From: Candidatus Saccharimonadota bacterium
Lineage (GTDB): Bacteria > Patescibacteriota > Saccharimonadia > Saccharimonadales > SLHW01
Length of the DNA stretch: 64,000 bases
Assembly (NCBI GenBank): GCA_050486305.1
Contig: JBJHDA010000001.1
Coordinates: 435,071-499,070, forward strand
Reading direction: 5' to 3'
Made by a program: the position numbers and the translations under genes. Positions 9,711-18,952 of the stretch are shown here, one piece after another. The notes under the pieces are model-generated. The model was not told the origin of the DNA. It saw nothing but the letters and a program-made list of their open reading frames with translations, and did not search any database. The stretch's first letter is position 1. Every line of letters starts with the position of its first letter.

Positions 9711-11033
9711 ATGCAGCAAGGCCATCGGGAGCTTACAGAAGCCGCCAAAATCGTCCTTGATGAAAATAACCGAGGCAATTTTACCGTGCCAGCTGAGCCG
9801 CTCTATCCGCACCAATGGCTGTGGGACAGCGCTTTTATCGCCATCGGGCTTCGGCACTACGACGTCGACCGGGCCAAGGCAGAATTGCTCCACTTGCTTG
9901 AGGGGCAATGGGCAGATGGTATGATTTCGCACGTTATCCATGCTGGTAAAAAGAGTGCACGCGACGCAAACATCTGGCGAAGCTGGATGAACCCGAATGC
10001 ACCGGATCATACTTCAACCAGCGGCATCACACAGCCGCCCATCTTAGCCGAGGCAGTTACCCGAGTTGCTAAAAAACTGCCCAAGCATGAACGAAAAAGC
10101 TGGCTCAAGCTCGTTTACCCCAACCTCATTCGCTATCACGAGTGGCTTTACCGCGACAGAGATCCCCATAACGAAGGTCTGGTTCTGCAAATCCACCCGT
10201 GGGAAACTGGACTTGATAACAGTCCGCCCTGGATGAAAGAGCTGCACGATCACCAGCTGCCTATCTGGATACAAGTTATCCGCTCACTGCGGCTCGCCCC
10301 GCTGTTCAACATGTTCAGAAACGACACAAAAATTATTCCTGCCAAGCAGCGCATGAGCACTATCGATGCCCTCGCACTTTACAGCGTACAGCGGCGGTTA
10401 CGTCGGAAAAACTACGATATAAAACGGATCCTCGCGCACTCCTTATTTGCAATAGAGGACCTCAGTTTTAATGCGATCTTTATCCGTAACAATCAACTGC
10501 TAAAAGACATCGCAAAAGAACTTAAAGAAGACCTGCCGGAAGAACTGCTAGAAAACATGAAGTCGACTGAAGCAGCGTTCGAGCAGTTATGGGACCCGTA
10601 CGCCGGGCAATATTACTCCCGTGAATTCGTCAGCCATCGACTTATCAAAGAATCGTCTGTCGGCACATTAATCGCGCTGTATGCAGGTGTCGTTCCGAAA
10701 GAACGAGCAGAGCAATTAGTCCGACTGCTAGAAGATGAGCAGCAATTCGGCACAAGCTTCCCGGTGGCTTCTTGTCCGGTCAGCAGTGATTGGTTTAATC
10801 CAGAGCGGTATTGGCAAGGGCCCGCCTGGGTTAATGTGAACTGGCTCATTATCGACGGCCTAGAGCGACACGGCTTTCATGACCACGCCGATGCGCTGCG
10901 CGAAACAACCATTGAGCTTATCGAACAGCACGGGTTTTACGAGTACTTCAGCCCGATTGATGGCGCGCCCGCAGGAGCACAGAACTTTAGCTGGACAGCA
11001 GCGCTAACAATCGACTTACTAGAGAAAAAATAA
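9711..11033 (+). CDS. Six-hairpin glycoside hydrolase (GH63 / MGH1-like glucosidase family)
   Basis: QWLWDSAFIAIG near the N-terminus, HPWETGLDNSP, and WQGPAWVNVNW near the C-terminus. These are typical of (alpha/alpha)6 GH63-like enzymes. Confidence 0.65.
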   Translation: MQQGHRELTEAAKIVLDENNRGNFTVPAEPLYPHQWLWDSAFIAIGLRHYDVDRAKAELLHLLEGQWADGMISHVIHAGKKSARDANIWRSWMNPNAPDHTSTSGITQPPILAEAVTRVAKKLPKHERKSWLKLVYPNLIRYHEWLYRDRDPHNEGLVLQIHPWETGLDNSPPWMKELHDHQLPIWIQVIRSLRLAPLFNMFRNDTKIIPAKQRMSTIDALALYSVQRRLRRKNYDIKRILAHSLFAIEDLSFNAIFIRNNQLLKDIAKELKEDLPEELLENMKSTEAAFEQLWDPYAGQYYSREFVSHRLIKESSVGTLIALYAGVVPKERAEQLVRLLEDEQQFGTSFPVASCPVSSDWFNPERYWQGPAWVNVNWLIIDGLERHGFHDHADALRETTIELIEQHGFYEYFSPIDGAPAGAQNFSWTAALTIDLLEKK

Positions 11034-11066
11034 ACCGCCCAATCAGCGGTTCTTTAAGACGAACAC

Positions 11067-11089
11067 CTTCTGACTATTTAAGTCAGAAG
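11067..11089 (+). terminator. Hairpin downstream of the glycosidase gene
   Basis: cttctgact-attta-agtcagaag, a perfect 9-bp stem about 30 nt after the stop codon. Confidence 0.5.
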
Positions 11090-11095
11090 TAAAAT

Positions 11096-11113
11096 TACTT
11101 GCGGCCGCAAGTA
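11096..11113. repeat. 18-bp perfect palindrome TACTTGCGGCCGCAAGTA (copy 1), probable bidirectional terminator
   Basis: Perfect palindrome centred on GCGGCCGC, lying between the convergent glycosidase and giant-protein genes. The identical core recurs at 16084-16109. Confidence 0.7.
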
Positions 11114-11196
11114 TTTCATAATTCTACCTGCTTTAAACAGTGATCAAGATTATGGGAGTTAGCAATGAATTAAAAATTAAAGTACCGTAAGGCGCA

Positions 11197-14100
11197 TTAC
11201 CAATAAAATGGCCTGTTCTGTTCTGCCGTATCAAACCACCGGCCATGCCGCATGAGCTGTTGCTGACGCGGCGGAGTTCCGAGTTCAGGTACATATGTAT
11301 AGTCATCTAACAACGAACCGTCCGCCTTGACAACCCGGAAGCAGTAGTTGCCACCAAGATCCGAGTTGTCATACATTGAGAAGTTGAACATAGCCGTAGC
11401 CCCTCTTGAGGTTTCGTTCACTAATTGAAAGTTATTACTTTTTACATAAACCTGGTTGACGGTACCACGTTCGTTGCTGGGATCGTTTTCACTGGGTGCG
11501 GCAGGACTATTGTTGGAAGTTTCGGAATCGCTATAGAAAGTTATATTGCCGCCGCCTTCCTGGAACTCATAATACACTCTTATGCCTATGTGGCTTACGC
11601 TAATAGTAGTATCATCGAATGAATATGCGGTAAACAACGCTCCAAGCCCAGCATTATTTATGTCCGCCGGCTCCCAGCTCTGTCCCCATAGGTCGTTTTC
11701 GTCTCCAACAATTAAAGTATCGCCCTCCATTCTGCTACCTGCTGTGTCTGACAGGAGAGTGCCATCCCTGACAAGATGACCAGCAGGCATAATTACGGCA
11801 CTATTAGTAACCGTATGGCTAATGTGAGCCTCAATACCTTTAATCGTGGCCTCGTTCGATATAGCAAAGCCGAAATCACGCACGATAAGACTTTCTGTCC
11901 CCTCAGTTGACAATAAACTTGCTTCCGCAGAATCAGGTGAAGTAGTCAGTGCATTAGATATACTAGACCAGGGAACCGTACCAAAACCATCTGGGTCGGT
12001 CTCTGCGACAGAACCTGACGCAACTCCAGTATCCGCTTGACCCCCTTCACCACCTTGGACAAGTAAATCCTGATAGTTCTGTCCAGAGAAGTCAATGCTA
12101 CAAACATCACCGAGGCGAGGAGCGTACTGGAGCTTGAAATCCCCGGCAGTTGCATCTTTATCGTCGACATCTATTAGCATACGTAAGCTCACAGGCTGGT
12201 TCGGCTCATCAAGCGTAGCCGTTTGGTTCTGAGCCGCAATCGGGTTTTTGGCTCCTCCAGGGTCGTGATAATAAACATTCATTGCGATATGATCAACACT
12301 GGCTGTCATAGTTGTAGCCGGATCCATAACCAAAAATACCGACAAAGCAAAGCCAAAATCACTCGAGTTGATGTCGTCAGCCGTCCATGATTCACCCCAT
12401 AAGTCATCGTCCCCTCCGTACACAGCATTGCCAGGGCTATCTGACCACCCTCCGCCGCCGCCAGCGTAATTATCACCTATGGTATCTTCATCCTTTACTA
12501 AATATGCCCTAGACTCATCAATATAGCCTGAACCGGAGCCTAGGTTAAAATACCTCGACACTTCTACTTCTATACCTAAAATTTCAGCTCCATCAGGAAT
12601 ATTAAAGTTAAAGTCTGTCGCCATCAGATAATTCGTCAACACGCTGGTCTGGGATGCGCCTCCGTTCTGAGCAGCAGCATCTGCGGTCTCACCATCATCA
12701 TGTATGGCATTTTCTGGATTAGCCCAGTTAAGGAATCCGACTGAGTCTTCATTAACAACGCTGTTTGAATGCACGTAGTCATCAACCCCATCTACACCTT
12801 CTACGTTATCGAACCACCGGAAATCAGACTGCGTAAATGTTGGCGGAGGAATGCGTAATTCGGGGATAACAGAGTATGTATCCAGCTCACTCCCGTCTGC
12901 ATTTACGATACGGAAGCAATACGTCGCCTCCGCCGGAGCATCGTTATCCACTAGCGCAAAATCCCATATGCCGTAGTCCCCGTTTGGAATGGTGTTTGTG
13001 TTAGTAAAGTTATTGCTCTCCACATAACTCTGCATCACGGCGTTGCCCGAGCCTGGGTCAGGGTCGTCAGAGCTCGGAACAATACTCGAACCATCCGGGA
13101 TTTCAGAATTATCGTAAAAAGTTAGTCTATCAGAAATAGAATAGGTTATGCCTATCTCTACATAATGAATCTGACTGGAGGAGTCCTCTGCATATACTGT
13201 TGGACTGAAAAAGTCCTTGATACTCTGCCACGTTCTATCTAGTATGGTGCTTGACTGACATACCGGCACACAAGGGTCCCCTCCAGAAGAGTGTGTATGA
13301 TTAGCGCGAATCATCACTCCAAACGTTTCGCTGTTAATATCTCCTGGATCGAGTGTCGTGTTCCACATATCAGACTCACCACCGACAGTAGCAGTGCTTG
13401 GGGTTCCGGAGTTGGGCAATTCAAGAGATTTCAATGTCGAGCCACTTATTGGTGAGCCGTCTTGAGCCAAACGTATGGTGTGAGTATTCACTGAAGTTTC
13501 ACTTGATTCAAAGTCAATGATGGCCTGGGCTCGACCATTAACCCTTACGGTGATGCCCTCGATTTCCGCGTTTTGCGGTATAGAAAAGTTGAAATCTTCA
13601 GCAAAAATATCACTTCGCTCCCCAGAGTCAGACAGCGTAACGCTAGCATGGTCAGAGGTAGCTGTAATGTTCATCGGCGAACTCCAGGTAGTGGTAGATG
13701 GCGACACTGGCTCGGAATAAGCATCTGCAGGCATAACATAATCTGAGGTGCCATCGAATGGATCAATGACGTCCGTATATTCCTCTCCACCAGAAAAGTC
13801 TGCGGTACAAACAGCATCCGGCCCAAGCTCGGCGTATTGGAGCTTGAAGTTACCCGATTCAGCCGGCAAATCGCCTTGGTCAGCCGAAACCGTCGCTCGC
13901 AACCGAAACGGCGTACCTTCGGTCAGCGCCGTGGCGGGTTGATCCTGTGCGCCAAGCGAATCATTAACAGCAGCACCAAATTGATACACACTAACCCTCG
14001 GGTTAGTATAGCCGGTAATTCCGATCTGTTGCTTATCATCCTGAGCAAAGGCGGTACTGCTCGCCCCGCCCGGCAAGTCACCCGGGTCCGACAGTTTGGT

Positions 14101-15954
14101 AAATGTATCGGTAGTGCTATCTACGGAATAAATAGTAAGGTAAGGGCTTTCATCGTGAGCAACCGACATGTAGTTGCCGTCCGGCGAAAAGGCAACCCCT
14201 CGGCCATCCCCAGTTGGTAAATCACTTGGATCCGGCAGTTTGGTAAATGTATCGGTCGTGCTATCTACGGAATAAATAGTAAGGTAAGGGCTTTCATCGT
14301 GAGCAACCGACATGTAGTTGCCGTCCGGCGAAAAGGCAACCCCTCGGCCATCCCCAGTTGGTAAATCACTTGGATCCGGCAAATTTGTAAAAGTATCCTC
14401 GCTCGAATCCACTTCCTGTACAGTCACGAAAGGGCTGACTTCATGAGCAACCGCGTGATACTTGCCATCCGGCGAAAAAGCAGCACCATTAGCCCACCCC
14501 TCAACGGCATCGACACTCCCTGGCGCTACTCTGACGAGCAGATTATCTGCCTCGAAAACTGCTACAAGTGAACTCTGCTGTACGGCAGAAACATAATGGC
14601 TGTCAGCAGAAAACGCTACACCATACGGATTTGATGTGGGCGGATTACTTGGATCAGTAGTTCTCGTAAACGTATCTGTTTCCGTATCAATCTCGAATGT
14701 TACTAAGCGAGGACTACTAGTATATCCAAGCGCAAGGTACTGTCCGTTCGGGCTAAAGGCAACACTCAGTCCGGCACCACAGCCCGTCGGAGCATTGATA
14801 GGATCAGGGAGCTTAACGTATGAGCTAGTTGTGGTATCAAATTTATAGATGCTTAGAAATGGACCGCAGCCCGCTTCATGGGCAATAGCCATATAGTCCC
14901 CCTCCGGACTGAATGCAATCTGCCGACCGCCACCTCCAGGCTCTATATCAACGTCATCAAGTTTAGCCAATTTTTGAGACTCATTCTCAAACCAGCGATA
15001 ACTGCTCTGCTCAGTTTCAACGAGTGAGGTATAGGTTACTTCGGTGCTCAATGCCGCAACGCGGACGTCATCGCGCTGGTTGGTGGGGTTGCCGCCCCCT
15101 TGCACGATACGTGTTAAGCGTACTTGGGCATCGTCTAGCTGGGCCTGGCTCCACGAGCCGTTGAACGTCGCACTGAAGACTCCCCAGGAATTAAATGACG
15201 GTGTCACCCGCGTAGCGCCCTGCAATGAGCCGCCGATGCGCAGGTCAATGTCTATGTCGTCAAGCGTACCACCATTAGCGTTGGTAGCACTCTGCGCCAG
15301 GATATATACGGTAATACTGGTTGCCTCATCAACATTGGCAACATTCGTTAACCCGAACTCAACCGATACCGTGCCATCGCTAGAGCCAGTCGGCCCAGTA
15401 CCAATGTGCGTACTGGTAGTTGGCGACCCGTTTACATCCTCATTTATATATGTATAGCGGTCGGACGAACAAGTACCACCATTACATTGTGACCATTCGG
15501 TTGTAATGTCTTGGTTCGGCAGGGTAACGGCAGTTGCGGCCTGAACACCAAGCGCAATAAACGGTACGAACGCCACCGCCAACAACAGGCCAGCCAGTGC
15601 AGGAAAGAAATTCTTTCGCACAGATCGCCTATAATCAGCACGCCTTGCGTGTCTGGCCACCCAAGAAAAAGGAGCGATACCGTTCTGTTTAATAACACTA
15701 ATAAAGCGCTTGATAAGTGAAGACTTAGGCTTATCAATAGCCAGCCTCTGCTCTCCACGCGGCAGAACAGGTCGATGCTGTTCGTTTATGTTGATCGAGG
15801 TACGGCTCTCGCTGCGATTAACTGCTCCAATGCGCCGTGAGGAGCGCTCGTTGGATACCCATGAGGACGCCGATTGCCTTGAGTGTCGAACAGCCGGGCG
15901 AAAATCACGGCTATCTGAAGCTTTCATCTGTACGCCTCTTTTGCGAACCGACAT
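11197..15954 (-). CDS. Giant (1585 aa) membrane-anchored surface protein with a 7-blade beta-propeller-like region and three repeated C-terminal super-modules
   Basis: Basic N-terminal region followed by one TM helix (FFPALAGLLLAVAFVPFIALGV). Seven (A/V)FSP(D/E/N)G-type blades. Three repeats of a unit containing FKLQYA..C..DFSG, FNF(S/N)IP..AEI.GI.V and YCFR(I/V)V(N/K)ADGS..D.Y..(I/V)PEL followed by (Y/F/G)RWF(E/D). Exact start is uncertain (M1 or M10). Confidence 0.8.
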   Translation of the reverse strand: MSVRKRGVQMKASDSRDFRPAVRHSRQSASSWVSNERSSRRIGAVNRSESRTSININEQHRPVLPRGEQRLAIDKPKSSLIKRFISVIKQNGIAPFSWVARHARRADYRRSVRKNFFPALAGLLLAVAFVPFIALGVQAATAVTLPNQDITTEWSQCNGGTCSSDRYTYINEDVNGSPTTSTHIGTGPTGSSDGTVSVEFGLTNVANVDEATSITVYILAQSATNANGGTLDDIDIDLRIGGSLQGATRVTPSFNSWGVFSATFNGSWSQAQLDDAQVRLTRIVQGGGNPTNQRDDVRVAALSTEVTYTSLVETEQSSYRWFENESQKLAKLDDVDIEPGGGGRQIAFSPEGDYMAIAHEAGCGPFLSIYKFDTTTSSYVKLPDPINAPTGCGAGLSVAFSPNGQYLALGYTSSPRLVTFEIDTETDTFTRTTDPSNPPTSNPYGVAFSADSHYVSAVQQSSLVAVFEADNLLVRVAPGSVDAVEGWANGAAFSPDGKYHAVAHEVSPFVTVQEVDSSEDTFTNLPDPSDLPTGDGRGVAFSPDGNYMSVAHDESPYLTIYSVDSTTDTFTKLPDPSDLPTGDGRGVAFSPDGNYMSVAHDESPYLTIYSVDSTTDTFTKLSDPGDLPGGASSTAFAQDDKQQIGITGYTNPRVSVYQFGAAVNDSLGAQDQPATALTEGTPFRLRATVSADQGDLPAESGNFKLQYAELGPDAVCTADFSGGEEYTDVIDPFDGTSDYVMPADAYSEPVSPSTTTWSSPMNITATSDHASVTLSDSGERSDIFAEDFNFSIPQNAEIEGITVRVNGRAQAIIDFESSETSVNTHTIRLAQDGSPISGSTLKSLELPNSGTPSTATVGGESDMWNTTLDPGDINSETFGVMIRANHTHSSGGDPCVPVCQSSTILDRTWQSIKDFFSPTVYAEDSSSQIHYVEIGITYSISDRLTFYDNSEIPDGSSIVPSSDDPDPGSGNAVMQSYVESNNFTNTNTIPNGDYGIWDFALVDNDAPAEATYCFRIVNADGSELDTYSVIPELRIPPPTFTQSDFRWFDNVEGVDGVDDYVHSNSVVNEDSVGFLNWANPENAIHDDGETADAAAQNGGASQTSVLTNYLMATDFNFNIPDGAEILGIEVEVSRYFNLGSGSGYIDESRAYLVKDEDTIGDNYAGGGGGWSDSPGNAVYGGDDDLWGESWTADDINSSDFGFALSVFLVMDPATTMTASVDHIAMNVYYHDPGGAKNPIAAQNQTATLDEPNQPVSLRMLIDVDDKDATAGDFKLQYAPRLGDVCSIDFSGQNYQDLLVQGGEGGQADTGVASGSVAETDPDGFGTVPWSSISNALTTSPDSAEASLLSTEGTESLIVRDFGFAISNEATIKGIEAHISHTVTNSAVIMPAGHLVRDGTLLSDTAGSRMEGDTLIVGDENDLWGQSWEPADINNAGLGALFTAYSFDDTTISVSHIGIRVYYEFQEGGGNITFYSDSETSNNSPAAPSENDPSNERGTVNQVYVKSNNFQLVNETSRGATAMFNFSMYDNSDLGGNYCFRVVKADGSLLDDYTYVPELGTPPRQQQLMRHGRWFDTAEQNRPFYW
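14092..14380. repeat. Near-perfect 144-bp tandem duplication inside the giant gene (two identical 48-aa propeller blades)
   Basis: Unit beginning cagtttggtaaatgtatcggt at 14092 repeats at 14236. I see one mismatch (gtagtgc vs gtcgtgc). It encodes GVAFSPDGNYMSVAHDESPYLTIYSVDSTTDTFTKLPDPSDLPTGDGR twice. Confidence 0.9.
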
Positions 15955-16083
15955 TTTCCCCTACCTTCAGTGTTTTAATTTTTCTATACACCCGAGTGAC
16001 AATAAGCACAATAACTATACTATAACTTAAGGAGTGCAACAGAGCAAAAGGCGTATTTTTAGTTCGTGGTTTGCTCATCGTAA

Positions 16084-16109
16084 AAAATACTTGCGGCCGC
16101 AAGTATTTT
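16084..16109. repeat. Palindrome AAAATACTTGCGGCCGCAAGTATTTT (copy 2), probable rmuC terminator
   Basis: Perfect 26-bp palindrome overlapping the rmuC stop codon. The core is identical to 11096-11113. Confidence 0.7.
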
Positions 16110-17169
16110 AACTCTCTATCTGTTTATCTGCCTTTTTGGTATCTAGCTGCATATCTGATTGATTGCTAATCTGGTCAACCACCTTTGTCAGCTGTCGGCT
16201 TCTTGTGCCCTCTACTTCGTGGTAGGTTTTCTGCACTGTTTCCAGCTGATTCCCCAGCTTTTCGAGGCTGCTGCCGAACTTCTCATACTCATCCTGGAAC
16301 TTGGAAACCAGGCCAAAAATTTCCTGCAAATTCTTCTCGTACCCGAAGTTCTTATATGCCTGCATCACTAAACGAAGTACCGCCGTAAAGCCAAAAGGGC
16401 CTGCCAGCACGACCTTCCGCTGGGCACAATACTCGTTTATTTCCGGAAGTTTTTCGTAAATAAAGCTAAATATCATCTCGTTCGGAATGAACATCACCAC
16501 GAAATCCAGCGTTTGATCCTCCGGATTAATATAATCCTTCGAGGTAATGCCCTTTACCTTCATCTTTATGGAGTTGCCGAACTTTTTCAGCGCCTGCTTT
16601 TTCGCAGCTTCGTTTTCAGCCGCCTGGTACTCCATCAGATCATCAAACGGAAACTTGGCATCAACGTTGAGCTTAGAGCCATCTGGCAGTTTAATCGTAA
16701 AGTCAGGCCGGCCCTCTTGGGTCTGCGCTTGTTTTAAAAATGTGACGTTCTCAACAAAACCGGCTGCTAGCAGAAGATCCTCGGCCACTTGCTCCCCCCA
16801 CTCACCGCGCAAGCGATTATTAGAAAGTAAGCTTTTTAGCCCTTCAGTTGAAACCTGCAGCTCTCCGGTTACTTTTGCCGTATTTAATAACTGTTCTTTT
16901 ATCGCGGCGTTTTGTGTCCTTAGGTTACCAACCTCTTTTTGGCTGGACTCAAGCTTTTTCTCCAGGCCGCTGATAATCTCCTTTAAAAGCACGCGGTTAT
17001 TCTCCAGCACATCTTTTATGCCGCCTTCTATCTCGTCTTTGCTGCCTTTTCGCTGCTCTTCGTTCGATTTAGTAAGCTGCAGTGTAAACTTCTGGGCAAG
17101 AATGTAGAGCACCGCCCCTAAAACAGCCGATGCGATCAACGCTGCAATAACTATTTCTCCAATATTCAT
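16108..17169 (-). CDS. rmuC: DNA recombination protein RmuC
   Basis: N-terminal TM helix, long coiled-coil, and a C-terminal RmuC nuclease-like region (RGEWGEQVAEDLL, PDFTIKLPDGSKLNVDAKFP, VVMFIPNE). Start moved to the ATG at 17169 (MNIGEIV). Confidence 0.85.
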   Translation of the reverse strand: MNIGEIVIAALIASAVLGAVLYILAQKFTLQLTKSNEEQRKGSKDEIEGGIKDVLENNRVLLKEIISGLEKKLESSQKEVGNLRTQNAAIKEQLLNTAKVTGELQVSTEGLKSLLSNNRLRGEWGEQVAEDLLLAAGFVENVTFLKQAQTQEGRPDFTIKLPDGSKLNVDAKFPFDDLMEYQAAENEAAKKQALKKFGNSIKMKVKGITSKDYINPEDQTLDFVVMFIPNEMIFSFIYEKLPEINEYCAQRKVVLAGPFGFTAVLRLVMQAYKNFGYEKNLQEIFGLVSKFQDEYEKFGSSLEKLGNQLETVQKTYHEVEGTRSRQLTKVVDQISNQSDMQLDTKKADKQIES

Positions 17170-17466
17170 AAATATAAAGACCCTTACCCACCAGAATAGG
17201 CGTGTACCTAATTTCAAATTGTGCGTAGACTCGCTCCAGTTACAAGTCTACGAGAGGGCCTCGACACCGTTCGCTCTCTACAACAAACGATGAAATCGAA
17301 TGCTAGATTAGTTACTTGGCTCGCGTTTTCCAACATGCCCAGGTTCTAAACATTACGCACTTGACGGTTAGGGATTTCATAAATGCGATGTAACCGTAGA
17401 GAGAGACTGGAATACCTCTCATTCGCGCCTTTCATTTAGCACCTACATTTATTCTATCATATAGGC

Positions 17467-18339
17467 TTAGTGGTCGTCTTCGTCATCATGATGGTCATCG
17501 TCGTCGTGGTGATCGTCATCTTCATCATGGTGATCGCGCTGCTCAGAAGAAGAGTGTCCATGCCCATGTCCGTGTCCATCATCAATATATTCGTGGGCGA
17601 GAACGATTATGAACGAGACGATAACCGCGCCAAAGAATAATGCGACTGCCTGGAGGTCAAATAATTTATGTTTCTTGTTGTTCTTGTTTATGAACGGAAT
17701 AATATCACTCATGGCGATGTAGAGTAAGAACCCAGCGCTCACTCCTAAAATTATCCCGAGCGGAAGTACTTCGCCCGAACCAAGGTAGTAGGTTATTGTT
17801 GCAGTGGCTGCCGTTGCAAACGAACTGACAACATTTACGAGCAGCACCCTTGCCCGGGACATACCCTTCGACAAAAGCAAGCCAAAGTTTCCGATTTCTT
17901 GCGGGATTTCGTGCGCAACAACCGCGACTGTCGTAGCAATACCGGTTGGGATGCTTACTAAAAATCCAGCAGCTATCACGATGCCATCTATAGCGTTATG
18001 CAGCGCATCCCCGGCAATAACTAAAAATCGATTCGGGTCTTTGTCCAGGTGTTTTCCGTAGCGATGATGATGAAAGTAATGCAACCACCGCTCCAGCAAA
18101 AAGAACACCAGTATGCCAACCATCGCTGATGTAAACACCGTTTGTGCAGCGGCCTCGTGAATGCCCTCTGGCAATAGGTCAAAAAATACTGCCGCTAACA
18201 AAGCACCGGCTGCAAACGGAGTCGCATAATAGGCAAACTTTTTCGCAAACGCTCGTTTACTTAATAAGATCAGCCCGCCCACGAGTGAGAGCAAGCCGCC
18301 AAAAATTGAAAAAACTAAAATATAACCAAGTACTGACAC
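17467..18339 (-). CDS. ZIP-family divalent metal (zinc) transporter with a His/Asp-rich C-terminal tail
   Basis: Multi-TM ZIP motifs (HNAIDGIVIAAGF, HEIPQEIGNFGLLL). Tail GHGHGHGHSSSEQRDHHDEDDDHHDDDDHHDDEDDH. I prefer the GTG start at 18339, preceded by AAGGA; the ORF-track start at 18411 would leave no promoter space. Confidence 0.8.
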   Translation of the reverse strand: MSVLGYILVFSIFGGLLSLVGGLILLSKRAFAKKFAYYATPFAAGALLAAVFFDLLPEGIHEAAAQTVFTSAMVGILVFFLLERWLHYFHHHRYGKHLDKDPNRFLVIAGDALHNAIDGIVIAAGFLVSIPTGIATTVAVVAHEIPQEIGNFGLLLSKGMSRARVLLVNVVSSFATAATATITYYLGSGEVLPLGIILGVSAGFLLYIAMSDIIPFINKNNKKHKLFDLQAVALFFGAVIVSFIIVLAHEYIDDGHGHGHGHSSSEQRDHHDEDDDHHDDDDHHDDEDDH

Positions 18340-18405
18340 AATACATCCTTTTTTACTTTTTGCTGGATACAAATGTAGAGGACAGCCAGCTTTTTTGCAA
18401 CTTTG

Positions 18406-18430
18406 TCGCAATTTTGTGCTAGAATTGCGA
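18406..18430. promoter_or_regulatory. Inverted repeat TCGCAATT-N9-AATTGCGA, candidate Fur/Zur operator
   Basis: Perfect 8-bp arms directly upstream of the fur-family ATG (18432), in the divergent intergenic region shared with the ZIP transporter. Confidence 0.4.
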
Positions 18431-18431
18431 A

Positions 18432-18857
18432 ATGAACAAAGAAGATGACTTAAAGCAAGTGCTCCACCGTAATGGCTTTAGTATGACAAAAGCTCGCTCT
18501 GAAGTGTTTAAGGCTTTGCGAGCGTACGGGCCTTGCCAGATCCATGTTTTGCAAAATAAACTTAAGCCCGCTGTGCATCGCGCCAGCTTATATCGGGTTA
18601 TTGCACTTTTTGAATCTCTTGGTGTCGTAAACCGAATACCATACGGGTGGAAGTATAAGCTTGAGCTTAGTGACATGTTCACAGACCACCATCACCATGC
18701 TCACTGCACAGAATGCAACACAATACTTAAGCTAGACGAAAACGAAGATGTCGAGGGCATGATTGAGCAACTCGCCACAGACAGCGAACTGCAGCTGACT
18801 TCCCACAGCTTGGAAATACACGGAATCTGTAAAGATTGCCAGTCAGGCAAAAAATAG
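18432..18857 (+). CDS. Fur-family metalloregulator (probably Zur)
   Basis: Winged-helix N-terminus, HHHHAHCTEC and C-terminal CKDC (paired CxxC structural Zn site). Divergent from the ZIP transporter. Confidence 0.8.
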   Translation: MNKEDDLKQVLHRNGFSMTKARSEVFKALRAYGPCQIHVLQNKLKPAVHRASLYRVIALFESLGVVNRIPYGWKYKLELSDMFTDHHHHAHCTECNTILKLDENEDVEGMIEQLATDSELQLTSHSLEIHGICKDCQSGKK

Positions 18858-18952
18858 ACCCCGAACGTATCGTTCAGGGTCGGTGGAAGCCTCACACTTC
18901 CGCTTAAATAATAGCGCTTACCCCTTGTTGCTAGCAATGACATTCATCACAC

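Noticed and set aside
15444-16102. Several 60-106-aa ORFs around the 5-prime end of the giant gene
   Set aside because: They overlap the giant ORF or its upstream region in other frames, with no RBS or motifs. They are probably by-products of the long open frame.
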